Positions 28,309 through 38,517 of a DNA stretch of 43,541 nt are shown piece by piece. The notes below the pieces were generated by a model. The model was not told where the DNA came from. It worked only from the letters and a program-made list of their open reading frames with translations, and did not search any database. Source of the stretch: an uncultured Bacilli bacterium (GTDB taxonomy: Bacteria; Bacillota_I; Bacilli_A; RF39; UBA660); contig CALVID010000006.1 in assembly GCA_944329355.1 (NCBI GenBank), positions 1-43,541 of the forward strand, written 5' to 3'. Position 1 is the first letter of the stretch; every line of letters begins with the position of its first letter. A program made the position numbers and the translations under genes.

Positions 28309-31300
28309 TCACTTGTCTTTATTAACTAAACTCTTATAATAATCAAACCTTTTTATAGAAGCTTCTTTATTAATTTTAAGCAACTGTTCGGCCATAGAAG
28401 GATTTACTGTTTTAAGCATACTATATCTTGTTTGACTATTTAAAAACTTATCATATAAATCAAAATCTGGATTTGGACTATCTAAATTAAATGTTTCACT
28501 AAATCCATCATACCTAAATATTGGAAAATAACCACATTTAGTTGCTAATGCCTCTTCTTCCACTGAACAGCCCATACCATTCTTATTTCCATGAGAAATA
28601 CAAGGACAATAAGCTATAATAATTGATGGACCTTTATGATTCATAGCTTCATTAAAAGCCCTAATCGTCTGCATCATATTAGCACCTAGAGAAACTTGAG
28701 CTACATACACATTTGGATAAGCCATAGCTATTCTAGCTAAATCTTTTTTATAATTCTTTTTACCAGAAACAGCAAACTCAGCTACCATACCAATTGGTGT
28801 TGCTTTAGAAACTTGTCCACCAGTATTAGAATAAACCTCAGTATCTAAAACTAATATATTGATATTAGCTCCACTAGATAATACATGATCGATTCCACCA
28901 AAACCAATGTCATAAGCCCATCCATCACCACCAATAGCCCATACATTTTTAGCAACAATATAATTTTTAAGTTCTTTTAATCTAGGATGTTTATTATAAT
29001 CTATCTTTTCATAAATTTCTTTGGTAATCTCATAATCATTAGAATTATTAAGCCATTTTTCAAACAAATCATTTTTATGTTTTAGCATATAATTTCTAAC
29101 CATATTCTTACCATTCTCAAATCCCATTAAAATGCCATATCCAAACTCAGCATTATCTTCAAATAAACTATTAACCCATGGCACACTATAAGGGGCATTA
29201 GGTAATTCCCCTCCATAAATAGATGAACAACCTGTCGCATTAGCAATCACTAAATTATCATCAGAAAGCTGAGTCAACAACTTAATATAAGCCGTTTCCC
29301 CACAGCCTGCACATGCCCCATGAAAAGCAAACTTAGGTTTTTGTAATTGACTACCTTTAATTGTCCCTTTTTTAAAATTATCCTTAGGACTAACATTATC
29401 AACCAAATAATCAAAAATCATATCATTACGGCTATTTTTTAAGCTCGCAAAAGCCAATGCCTTATTACCTCTCATACCAGGGCAAGTATTTATACAAACA
29501 CCACAGCCCGTACAATTTTTAGCAGAAATAGCAATAATATAATAATAATCTTTAGCCCCTATTGCTGGCTTACATTTTTCTTTAACATAATCTGGAGCTT
29601 TATCAAACTCTTCTTTGTTAAGTAAAAATGGTCTAATAACTCCATGTGGACAAACTAGCGAACACATTGCACATTGAATACAATTCTCATTAATCCACTT
29701 AGGTACAAAATCTGAAATATTTTGCATCTCAGGCTCTGTATGCTCAAAAGAACCATCTTCAAAACCGATAAAATCAGACACCTTCAAACTATTACCTTTT
29801 CTATGTGCTAAAGACTCATAGATATTATTACTAGGAAATTCTAATTTTTCTTCCATATCATCTAATAAAATAGCTTCCAAACTAACGTCATGTAATGCCT
29901 GGATATTATTAAATGCTATATCTTTACTCTTAATTTCAAATTTTTTAACAATATATTCTTCTAATTTTTTATCAACATCATCAAAACCCAAAAGTTTAAA
30001 AATAGCTTTTTCCATAATCATACTAATTTTACGGCCCAAATGATGGTCTCTAGCTATCTTATCGGCATCTATTTTATAAACCTTAATTTTTTTCTCTTTT
30101 AAAAACCTTTTATAAGGATTTAAAATATCCAGTAAACTATTTTCATCTAAAGATGTATTTATCAAAAGAGTCCCTCCAAAAACAAGGTTTGTTATTGCAT
30201 CAAAAACATTCAAATAAGTGTCTTTAGAAATAACCACTAATTTCGGATTACTAACAAAATAAGTAGAATGAATAGGCTTATCAGAAAAACGTAAATGACT
30301 ACACGTAACACCACCAGATTTTTTAGAATCATACTCAAAATACCCTTGTACATATTTATCTTCGGCAATAATACCAAGCAATGACTTAGAAGCACTAACC
30401 ATGCCATCACTACCATAACCATAAACTAAAACTTCTGTATGATTTGTAACATTAATATTTTCATAAGGCAAAGATAAATGTGTTACATCATCATCTATAC
30501 CAATTGTAAACTCATTTTTAGGATCATCAAGCATGTCATACACAGCTTTTATCATACCAGGAGTAGTATCCTTACTAGATAAACCATAACGGCCATGGCA
30601 TATATAAACATTTTTGTTTTTTAAAGCACTCACCACATCCAAATACAAAGGTTCCCCTTCACTGCCAGCTTCTTTAGTTCTATCCAAAACAGCTATTTTT
30701 TCAGCAGTATGTGGTAACACATCCAATAAATACTTATCACTAAAAGGCCTATACAAATGAACCTCAATTAAACCAATATCGTCATTCAAATAATCGATAA
30801 CTTCTTTTATTGTTTCACAAACTGAGCCCATTGCCACAATTACCTTTTTTGCTTTTAAACTGCCATAATAATTAAAAGGTTTATAATAAGTTGAAGATAA
30901 TTCACCTATTTTTGTCATATAATCCGCCACAATATCTGCAACTTGATCATAAAATTTATTTCTAGATTCCATTTCTTGAAAATAAATATCCCCATTTTGA
31001 TTAGTTCCTCTAGTCATAGGTTCTTCATTATTAAGAGCTCTTTTTCTAAAACTTTCAAGTTTATCATATGGCACTATTTTTTTTATCTCTTCATCATCTA
31101 AAATATTAATTTTATTAAGTTCATGACTAGTTCTAAAACCATCAAAAAAATGTAAAAACGGCAAAGAAGATTCTAAACTAGATAAATGACTTACTAAAGC
31201 TAAATTATAAGCATCTTGAACAGAAGAAGATGCTAACATACAAAAACCAGAAGTGCGAGTTGCATAAATATCTTGATGATCACCAAAAATACTAAGTGCA

Positions 31301-31650
31301 TGCGTTGCTAAAGAACGAGCTGCCACATGCATAACAAAAGGAAACATTTGCCCTGCTATTTTATACATATTAGGGATCATTAAAAGAAGTCCTTGACTAG
31401 CTGTATAAGTTGTTGCTAAAATTCCAGACTGCAAAACTCCATGACATAAACCAATAGCCCCTGCTTCACTTTGCATCTCTATAACCTGAGGTACTTCTCC
31501 AAAGATATTCTTCTTTAAATTCATAGTCCATCTATCGATCAACTCAGGCATTGGACTAGAAGGGGTAATTGGATAAATACCAGCCACCTCAGTAAATAAA
31601 TACGAAGCTCTCACACAAGCTTCATTACCATCACATGTAATTTTTTTCAT
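28309..31650 (-). CDS. nifJ: Pyruvate:ferredoxin (flavodoxin) oxidoreductase
   Basis: YPITPSS, EMQSEAGA, DSKKSGG, two CxxCxxCxxxCP motifs, GACAGCGE, GGDGWAYDIG. Confidence 0.98.
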   Translation of the reverse strand: MKKITCDGNEACVRASYLFTEVAGIYPITPSSPMPELIDRWTMNLKKNIFGEVPQVIEMQSEAGAIGLCHGVLQSGILATTYTASQGLLLMIPNMYKIAGQMFPFVMHVAARSLATHALSIFGDHQDIYATRTSGFCMLASSSVQDAYNLALVSHLSSLESSLPFLHFFDGFRTSHELNKINILDDEEIKKIVPYDKLESFRKRALNNEEPMTRGTNQNGDIYFQEMESRNKFYDQVADIVADYMTKIGELSSTYYKPFNYYGSLKAKKVIVAMGSVCETIKEVIDYLNDDIGLIEVHLYRPFSDKYLLDVLPHTAEKIAVLDRTKEAGSEGEPLYLDVVSALKNKNVYICHGRYGLSSKDTTPGMIKAVYDMLDDPKNEFTIGIDDDVTHLSLPYENINVTNHTEVLVYGYGSDGMVSASKSLLGIIAEDKYVQGYFEYDSKKSGGVTCSHLRFSDKPIHSTYFVSNPKLVVISKDTYLNVFDAITNLVFGGTLLINTSLDENSLLDILNPYKRFLKEKKIKVYKIDADKIARDHHLGRKISMIMEKAIFKLLGFDDVDKKLEEYIVKKFEIKSKDIAFNNIQALHDVSLEAILLDDMEEKLEFPSNNIYESLAHRKGNSLKVSDFIGFEDGSFEHTEPEMQNISDFVPKWINENCIQCAMCSLVCPHGVIRPFLLNKEEFDKAPDYVKEKCKPAIGAKDYYYIIAISAKNCTGCGVCINTCPGMRGNKALAFASLKNSRNDMIFDYLVDNVSPKDNFKKGTIKGSQLQKPKFAFHGACAGCGETAYIKLLTQLSDDNLVIANATGCSSIYGGELPNAPYSVPWVNSLFEDNAEFGYGILMGFENGKNMVRNYMLKHKNDLFEKWLNNSNDYEITKEIYEKIDYNKHPRLKELKNYIVAKNVWAIGGDGWAYDIGFGGIDHVLSSGANINILVLDTEVYSNTGGQVSKATPIGMVAEFAVSGKKNYKKDLARIAMAYPNVYVAQVSLGANMMQTIRAFNEAMNHKGPSIIIAYCPCISHGNKNGMGCSVEEEALATKCGYFPIFRYDGFSETFNLDSPNPDFDLYDKFLNSQTRYSMLKTVNPSMAEQLLKINKEASIKRFDYYKSLVNKDK

Positions 31651-31664
31651 CTTTTATTACCCCC

Positions 31665-32711
31665 TTATCTATGACAAGATTCATCATCATTACCATAAAC
31701 AACAGTATAATCAAAACTACTACCATTAGTTGTTGTGATTTCTACAGATACCCCACCTGTAGAATCTACATAAGGTTTATCAGTCATAGGATTAATCATA
31801 TCATCTTCAATATAACCAGCATCTATTACCTCACCATTAATAGTAGCTCCGTCTTGTAATTGTTCAGCACTAATTGTAACTGAAGATCCAACAGCTGGTA
31901 ACAAATTAGGATGATCAAGCATCACCATCTTAGCCCCTTCAATCAAACTAGTTTGTTGAACTAAACAACTATCATAACGACTTTTTTTAATATTATTATC
32001 AATTGCTGTAATCGCTACCAATCCTAAAATACTAAGTACTACAATAACACCAAGTAATTCCGCCAAAGTAAAACCATTTCTCAAAGCTTTCTTTAATTTA
32101 TAAATTTGACTTTGATAATTTTCACTATCTGTAATAAAAGAACCAGTAACTATAATATCCGCATCTTGAACTAATTTAATAGTAGTATCATCAATACCAC
32201 CATCAACCTCAAGCAAATAATTAAGATCATTTTTCTTACGGTAATCAATTAATTCATGTAATCTATCAGTAATATCGATAAAATGTTGCCCACCAGCTCC
32301 AGCTTTTACACTCATAACTAAAACCATTTCAACACTATCCAAATAAGGATAAATTTTCTCAATATTTGTATCGGGATTAATTGCAATTCCCGCCTTAATA
32401 CCCTTACTATGAATATAATCAATAATTTCCTGAACATTCAAAGTTGATTCTATATGAAAAGTAATAAAATTAGGATTAAACAAAGCTACTTCATCAATAT
32501 ATTTTTTTAAATTTAAAACCATCAAATGGACATCAAACTTATTTTTAATTCCTCTCAAAATCTCTTTCATTTTGACAAGCGGTATAGTAGGTCTTTCAGT
32601 AAATTTGCCATCCATAACATCCACATGAATCACATCACAAACCTTATCCAATTCTCTTATTTTTGTTTCATCATCTTGAATTTTCAAAAAAGATCCAGCT
32701 ATCTTAACCAT
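31665..32711 (-). CDS. rpe: Ribulose-phosphate 3-epimerase fused in frame to a C-terminal type IV pilin (start ATG 32711)
   Basis: HVDVMDG, DVHLMV, MSVKAGAGGQ, EVDGG, VTGS, then KKALRNG|FTLAELLGVIVVLSILGLVAI and a 135-aa pilin-like domain; single open frame; follows rsgA as expected for rpe. Confidence 0.92.
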   Translation of the reverse strand: MVKIAGSFLKIQDDETKIRELDKVCDVIHVDVMDGKFTERPTIPLVKMKEILRGIKNKFDVHLMVLNLKKYIDEVALFNPNFITFHIESTLNVQEIIDYIHSKGIKAGIAINPDTNIEKIYPYLDSVEMVLVMSVKAGAGGQHFIDITDRLHELIDYRKKNDLNYLLEVDGGIDDTTIKLVQDADIIVTGSFITDSENYQSQIYKLKKALRNGFTLAELLGVIVVLSILGLVAITAIDNNIKKSRYDSCLVQQTSLIEGAKMVMLDHPNLLPAVGSSVTISAEQLQDGATINGEVIDAGYIEDDMINPMTDKPYVDSTGGVSVEITTTNGSSFDYTVVYGNDDESCHR

Positions 32712-32719
32712 AATCCACC

Positions 32720-33547
32720 TCATTTCAAAAAATTCAAATAATTATCATATCTACTCTTTAAAATTGTTCCATCTAAAACCTTTTCTTTAACTCTACATTT
32801 CTTTTCATGTACATGAAAACAATCTCTAAATTGACACTCATCTCGATACACATTAAATTCAGTAAAATTATCCCTAATATCTTCTTTACTCATCCCCGTA
32901 AACTCCAAAGCTGAAAAACCAGGAGTATCGGCTACTAAACCACCACACAATTCAAACAATTCAGTATGTCTAGTAGTATGTTTTCCCCTATTTAAAGCTA
33001 AAGAAATTTCTCCTGTTTTCAACTTTAAAGTTGAATCCAGTTTGTTTAAAAGAGTACTCTTTCCAGCTCCACTTTGGCCAGTAAAAACACACACTTTATC
33101 TTTAAATATTTTTTTAATTAAATTAATTTCATCATTCATATAAACTTCATATCCGATTTTTTTATAATATTCAATAACCGGTTTTAATTTTAAAAGTTCC
33201 TCTTTCTCTAATAAATCTGCTTTTGTAAAAATAATCACCGGTTTAATCCTATTATACTCACATATTACCAAAAATTTGTCTAAAAGATTGGAAGAAAAAT
33301 CAGGCTTTTTTAAACTTGTAATAATTATTGCCATATCTATATTAGCAATCACTGGTCTAATAAGCTCATTTTTTCTAGGTAATATCTCCGTGATATAAAG
33401 ATTATTCTCATCAAAAATAACTTCATCACCAACCATAGGCGAAAGGCCCATGTTTCTAAATTTTCCACGGGCTTTACACACATATAGTTTATTTAAATTT
33501 TTAACCGTATAATCATTACTAATTGTTTTAATAATTTTTCCTTCCAT
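32720..33547 (-). CDS. rsgA: Ribosome small subunit-dependent GTPase A
   Basis: TKAD, GQSGAGKS, RGKHTT, DTPG, CQFRDCFH..E..C. Confidence 0.98.
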   Translation of the reverse strand: MEGKIIKTISNDYTVKNLNKLYVCKARGKFRNMGLSPMVGDEVIFDENNLYITEILPRKNELIRPVIANIDMAIIITSLKKPDFSSNLLDKFLVICEYNRIKPVIIFTKADLLEKEELLKLKPVIEYYKKIGYEVYMNDEINLIKKIFKDKVCVFTGQSGAGKSTLLNKLDSTLKLKTGEISLALNRGKHTTRHTELFELCGGLVADTPGFSALEFTGMSKEDIRDNFTEFNVYRDECQFRDCFHVHEKKCRVKEKVLDGTILKSRYDNYLNFLK

Positions 33548-33550
33548 TTA

Positions 33551-35269
33551 TTACATATCTCCAGTATCTCGTGTTTCTGTTGCACTCTCAATATCAGGAG
33601 CTTTTTCCGGATTCTTAACAACTTTAATTCTCAAATTAGCACCAGAACTAACTTTACTACCTGCAGCCATATTCTGATAAGTAACTATACCATTTTGTTT
33701 ACTACCATCCTCTACATAAGTAACATTTAAAGTAAGTCCATTTTCATCACAGAATTTTTTAACATCTGCTTCTGTATAAGTACCATCAGTAAAATTAGGA
33801 TAACTAATATAAACATTTGGAATAACTAAAGTAATAGTATCACCTTCGCCTAATTTTACTCCAGGTTCCACATCTTGTTCTAAAATAGTTCCCTCTACTG
33901 GATTTTCTTCTTTAGAAACATCTTTTTTATCAATAATAACATTTATTCCAGCTTCTTCTAATTTTTCTTTTACTTTTTCATAGTTTTCTCCCGTATAATC
34001 TTCAATTTCTATTTTTTCAGAACCAGTTGAAACTATCAAAGTAACCTCTGAACCCTCTTTCAAAGTCTCGCCTATCTCTGGATCAGTACCTATAACTTTA
34101 TCTTCTTCAACTTCATCACTAGCTTCTTTTTTAGTCTTACCTACAACCTCAAAGCCTTTATCCTCTAAAGTACTCCTAGCTTGTTTAACCGTCATTCCTT
34201 GAACATCAGGAATTTCTATATCTGGCTTATCAGAAATTTTTGGCCACAAAATAAATACAAAAAGCATAGCTGCAATTAAAACCCCAACAATTGTTCCTAC
34301 AACAATTAAAGCTTTATTCATTCTCTTATCTTTTTTATTCTCTTCTTTCTCCGCATTCCTAGCTGCTCTACCTTCTCTAGGCATTTCTTTATCCTCAAAA
34401 TTTTTCTCAGGATATTTATAAATAACCTTAGGTTCATTGAATCTATTTTTATCCAAAGCCGTTTCTAAATCATCATGCATATCCCAAGCTGACTCATAAC
34501 GATTTTTAGGATTTTTAGCCGAAGCTCTTAAAATAATATTTTCGATCGATTGTGGCATTTCAGGATCATATTCACAAATACTAGGAATAGGCTCATTCAT
34601 ATGTTTAATAGCCACTTCTACTGGATTTTCTCCTTTAAAAGGTACATGACCTGTAACAAGTTCATACATCAAAATACCTAAAGAATATATATCACTTCTA
34701 GTAGTAGCCGCCCCACCATTAGCCTGCTCAGGTGGGATATAATAAACCGTTCCCATTACACTATTAGTCTGTGTAAACTCTCCAGCATTTAAAGCAACAG
34801 CAATTCCAAAATCCATTATTTTAACTCTACCGTCCTCTAAAATAACTACATTTTGAGGTTTAATATCTCTATGAATAATATAGCTTTCATGAGCATGTGC
34901 TACCGCACTAGTAAGTTGAAGCATAATATCGACAACTTCTGGTAAAGTTAAACTACCTCTTTTTTTAATTAACTGTTTTAAAGTAAGTCCTTGAACGTAC
35001 TCCATAACAATAAAATATTTGCCATCATCTTCTCCTACATCATAAACTTCAACAATGTTAGGATCATTTAAACTGCTAGCTGAAATAGCTTCTCTTTGAA
35101 AACGTCTCACAAATTTTTCGTCTTCAGCTAAATCACCTCTTAAAATCTTAACAGCAACTTTCCTATCTAAAATAGTATCCTTAGCTAAATAAACATTAGC
35201 CATGCCACCTTCACCAATAGCTCTAATAATTTCATAACGATCATTAATAAGTTGTCCCCTTGTTATCAT
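33551..35269 (-). CDS. pknB: PASTA-domain Ser/Thr protein kinase (Stk1/PrkC/PknB)
   Basis: GEGGMANVY, HRDIKPQN, DFG, one TM helix, three PASTA-like repeats. Confidence 0.97.
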   Translation of the reverse strand: MITRGQLINDRYEIIRAIGEGGMANVYLAKDTILDRKVAVKILRGDLAEDEKFVRRFQREAISASSLNDPNIVEVYDVGEDDGKYFIVMEYVQGLTLKQLIKKRGSLTLPEVVDIMLQLTSAVAHAHESYIIHRDIKPQNVVILEDGRVKIMDFGIAVALNAGEFTQTNSVMGTVYYIPPEQANGGAATTRSDIYSLGILMYELVTGHVPFKGENPVEVAIKHMNEPIPSICEYDPEMPQSIENIILRASAKNPKNRYESAWDMHDDLETALDKNRFNEPKVIYKYPEKNFEDKEMPREGRAARNAEKEENKKDKRMNKALIVVGTIVGVLIAAMLFVFILWPKISDKPDIEIPDVQGMTVKQARSTLEDKGFEVVGKTKKEASDEVEEDKVIGTDPEIGETLKEGSEVTLIVSTGSEKIEIEDYTGENYEKVKEKLEEAGINVIIDKKDVSKEENPVEGTILEQDVEPGVKLGEGDTITLVIPNVYISYPNFTDGTYTEADVKKFCDENGLTLNVTYVEDGSKQNGIVTYQNMAAGSKVSSGANLRIKVVKNPEKAPDIESATETRDTGDM

Positions 35270-36006
35270 TCATTTTCCTCCTTTTGTAAATAAGCAACTG
35301 ATATATTATCTGTTCCACCTCTATTATTTGCTTTATTAATCAATTTCTGAACCTTTGCATCTATATCTAAATTACTATCTAAAACTCTTTCAATCTGTTC
35401 TTCGTCTAACATATTAGTCAGTCCATCACTACATAATAATATTGCACTAACATCTCTTTCAACATCAAATATATCCATTTCAACTGAAATATTAGCTCCC
35501 AAAGCTCTCATCAAAACATTTTTTCTAGGATGATCTTTAGCTTCTTCTTCAGTAATTTCTCCAGATTTTACAAGTAAATTAACTAAAGTATGATCATTTG
35601 TAATTTTATATAATTTTTTATTTTTAATTACATAACCAGAAGAATCACCTATATTTCCAAATAGTAAAAATTCCTTAGTCAGTAAAGCTATAACTATTGT
35701 CGTACCCATTCCATTACTTTCTGGATTATCTTCAGTATATTTATATAAAAGCATATTAGCTTCACTGACAATCTCTTTTAGAAAATTAATAGCATCCTCT
35801 TTATTACCAACACTAGATGTATCAATAAACCTCTTACCAATATGAGTTATTGCAATTGATGAAGCAATTTCTCCACCTTTATGACCACCCATACCATCAG
35901 CCACTGCCATTAATATTTCTCCTTGAGCATTTTTCACAATTGTTACACTATCTTCATTATGATCTCTGACCTGTCCGGGATCTGTTAAATAAGCAAACTC
36001 CATCAT
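35266..36006 (-). CDS. stp: PP2C-type Ser/Thr phosphatase (Stp1/PrpC)
   Basis: RDHNED, ADGMGGH, GMGTT, IGDS, CSDGL, GGTDN. Confidence 0.96.
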   Translation of the reverse strand: MMEFAYLTDPGQVRDHNEDSVTIVKNAQGEILMAVADGMGGHKGGEIASSIAITHIGKRFIDTSSVGNKEDAINFLKEIVSEANMLLYKYTEDNPESNGMGTTIVIALLTKEFLLFGNIGDSSGYVIKNKKLYKITNDHTLVNLLVKSGEITEEEAKDHPRKNVLMRALGANISVEMDIFDVERDVSAILLCSDGLTNMLDEEQIERVLDSNLDIDAKVQKLINKANNRGGTDNISVAYLQKEENE

Positions 36007-37025
36007 TTCCCCTCCTCATAATTCGAACGTAATTGACCACAAGCTGCACTTACTTCACCGCCAAATTCCTTACGTACCGTTACATTGATCTTGTTTTTTT
36101 TAAGTATATCATAAAAATGCATAATTTTATCTTTATCAGTTTTTTTAAACTCTATATGACTTGTTTCATTATAAGGAATTAAATTGACATATGCCAGCAT
36201 TCCTTTAAGCAAATGCGAAAGTTTTAACGCACATTCATCACTATCATTCACATCTTTAAGCATAATATATTCAAAAGTAACTTTTCTATTAGTTACCTTA
36301 ATATAATCTCTAACTGCATCCATCACATCTTTTATTGGATATACTTTGTTTATTTTCATAATTCTATTTCTAATCTCATCATCAGGTGCGTGCAAACTAA
36401 TAGCTAAATTAACTTGCCTTTTTTCTTTCGTAAATTCTCTTATCTTAGGAACAATTCCACAAGTTGACACTGTTATATGTCTAGAACCTATAGCTAGTCC
36501 ATAATCACTATTTATAATATCAATAAACTTCATCACATTATCATAATTATCAAAAGGTTCACCAATCCCCATAAGAACAACCCTCGAAATTTTAAGCTTT
36601 AAATCTTCCTCAATTTGTAATATCTGGCAAACCATTTCATAAACTTCTAAATCTCTTTGCTTTTTAAGCCTTCCACTTTCACAAAAAGCACAACCCATAT
36701 TACAACCAACTTCAGTTGATACACATAAACTGTTACCGTAATCGTGTTTCATCACTACCGCTTCAACCTTTTGTCCATCAAAAAGCTCAAACAAATACTT
36801 ATAAACACCTTTACCTTTTTGAACGTGTAAAATGAAAGGTTTATTTATTTTAAAATCTTCTTTTAATTTGTCTATCACTATTTTTTTAATATTACTCATC
36901 TCATCAAATGAATGAACTCTTTTCTTATAAAGCCAATCATAAACCTGAATAGCTTTAAATTTTTTCTCACCCATTTTTAAAAAATAGTCTTCTAAATCAT
37001 GAATGGTCATACTATATATATTCAT
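36003..37025 (-). CDS. rlmN: 23S rRNA A2503 / tRNA A37 C2-methyltransferase
   Basis: CVSTEVGCNMGCAFC, MGIGEP, SLHA, NLIPYN, AACGQL. Confidence 0.97.
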   Translation of the reverse strand: MNIYSMTIHDLEDYFLKMGEKKFKAIQVYDWLYKKRVHSFDEMSNIKKIVIDKLKEDFKINKPFILHVQKGKGVYKYLFELFDGQKVEAVVMKHDYGNSLCVSTEVGCNMGCAFCESGRLKKQRDLEVYEMVCQILQIEEDLKLKISRVVLMGIGEPFDNYDNVMKFIDIINSDYGLAIGSRHITVSTCGIVPKIREFTKEKRQVNLAISLHAPDDEIRNRIMKINKVYPIKDVMDAVRDYIKVTNRKVTFEYIMLKDVNDSDECALKLSHLLKGMLAYVNLIPYNETSHIEFKKTDKDKIMHFYDILKKNKINVTVRKEFGGEVSAACGQLRSNYEEGK

Positions 37026-37151
37026 GCTTTACCACCCTATATCTAATTATAGCAAAATTCAAAAAAAAATAATAGAATTCCTCATGTTTTTTATCATAAG
37101 TTCTATTATTCTTAATTTAAAACATTCTAATTTGACACATATTTACCTATT

Positions 37152-37367
37152 TTAAATAAAATTCATAATAATACATATAACGAAAAAAGCAACCCCAAGC
37201 AAAGCCGTAAGCCTAGTAACGAATAATTCTCCGCCTCTTTCTTTTCTGTTGGCAAAAAGTTCATCATTTCCACCCATAATATTACTATCAGGGCTTACTG
37301 CCTTACCACTTTGTAAAAGAACAATTGCAATTAATAAAATAGACACAATAATTAAAAGTATTTTCAT
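37152..37367 (-). CDS. secG: Preprotein translocase subunit SecG (start ATG 37367)
   Basis: TM-VLLQSGK...ELF..RKERG.E..RLT-TM; SD GGAGG. Confidence 0.93.
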   Translation of the reverse strand: MKILLIIVSILLIAIVLLQSGKAVSPDSNIMGGNDELFANRKERGGELFVTRLTALLGVAFFVICIIMNFI

Positions 37368-37414
37368 ATTTATCCCTCCGGCTTCTAATAATTTACCATA
37401 ATTTAATTGAAAAA

Positions 37415-38215
37415 TCAACCATCACCAAATTTTTTTATAATAAAATGCTTAACCACTCTATCTTTATCTCTGTTTTTTAAATATACAAATCCAAAAACAT
37501 TAAATACTAAAGCACCAACAAAATTGACAACTAAATCTTTCATTGTATCATTAAGCCCTATATCTAAATAACCATTTAACTTAGTAAGTTCTTTACCATC
37601 ATTATCATACAAAATAGTATAACTTATATTCTCGATATTAATTACATTATTATTATTTTCTGGATCCAAACTCACCGTATTAACTTCCTTTATATATTCA
37701 TCTTTCTGCATATCATAGCAAAATACTTTATCCATTCCATATTCAAAAAACTCCCAAACAACGCCAATCGTCATAGAAAAACAAAATGAAAATAAACAAA
37801 GAAATATTGGTGATAAATAAATACTTTTTAAATTCTTATTTAAAATATCAAAAAGTGAAAATCCAACAGCTGCCATCAAAAAACCATTTAATGTGTGCAA
37901 AATAGTGTCCCAAAAAGGAATTATTCCATAAAAGTTATTTATTTCTCCTAAAATCTCCGCTGAAAAAACAAATACCATAATTATAATCTCCATTACGTTA
38001 GGCATATCAATTTTTAAATGATGTTCGATTATAAAAGGCAAAAATAATAACACTAAAGATAACAAACATATACTAACGTTATCAAAATCGCCTCTAATTA
38101 ACTGCACAATTAAACATAAAATAATCAATCCTCTTAAAGAAAAATAAACAAAATACTTTAATTTATTGTTTTTAAGTTCATTTTTTATCTTCTTTATATA
38201 ATTCATAAACCACAC
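37415..38215 (-). CDS. Hypothetical multipass membrane protein (DUF2238/YjdF-like motifs)
   Basis: About six TM helices with WDTILH, WEFFEY and DTMKDL motifs. Confidence 0.7.
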   Translation of the reverse strand: MWFMNYIKKIKNELKNNKLKYFVYFSLRGLIILCLIVQLIRGDFDNVSICLLSLVLLFLPFIIEHHLKIDMPNVMEIIIMVFVFSAEILGEINNFYGIIPFWDTILHTLNGFLMAAVGFSLFDILNKNLKSIYLSPIFLCLFSFCFSMTIGVVWEFFEYGMDKVFCYDMQKDEYIKEVNTVSLDPENNNNVINIENISYTILYDNDGKELTKLNGYLDIGLNDTMKDLVVNFVGALVFNVFGFVYLKNRDKDRVVKHFIIKKFGDG

Positions 38216-38260
38216 CCAAATTCCAAACTAGTATATGAAAAAAGAGCAATAGCCCTTCAA

Positions 38261-38461
38261 CTAATTTTCTTTAATATGAATTAATCCTTTATTAACTTCT
38301 TCCAAAGCTCTACCAATATTTTTGGTTGATTTATATTCATTCTCCTTCATTTGAAAATAACCGGTTTCATCCATTTCTTTTGCTCTTTTAGAAGCTATAT
38401 TAACAAGTAAATACTTAGATTCAATTTTTTGAAGTAAAGCATCTATTGATGGATATATCAT
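38261..38461 (-). CDS. rpoZ: RNA polymerase omega subunit
   Basis: MIYPSIDALL...SKYLLV..ASKRA...ALEEV..G. Confidence 0.95.
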   Translation of the reverse strand: MIYPSIDALLQKIESKYLLVNIASKRAKEMDETGYFQMKENEYKSTKNIGRALEEVNKGLIHIKEN

Positions 38462-38517
38462 AATTACCCCTCCTAATTAAACTATATACCATCTTTTAAT
38501 AAATTACAACAAAAGAG

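Noticed and set aside
32060-32120. Programmed frameshift or stop read-through at the Rpe-pilin junction
   Set aside because: The junction is a plain open frame with no stop codon, so no recoding is needed to explain it.
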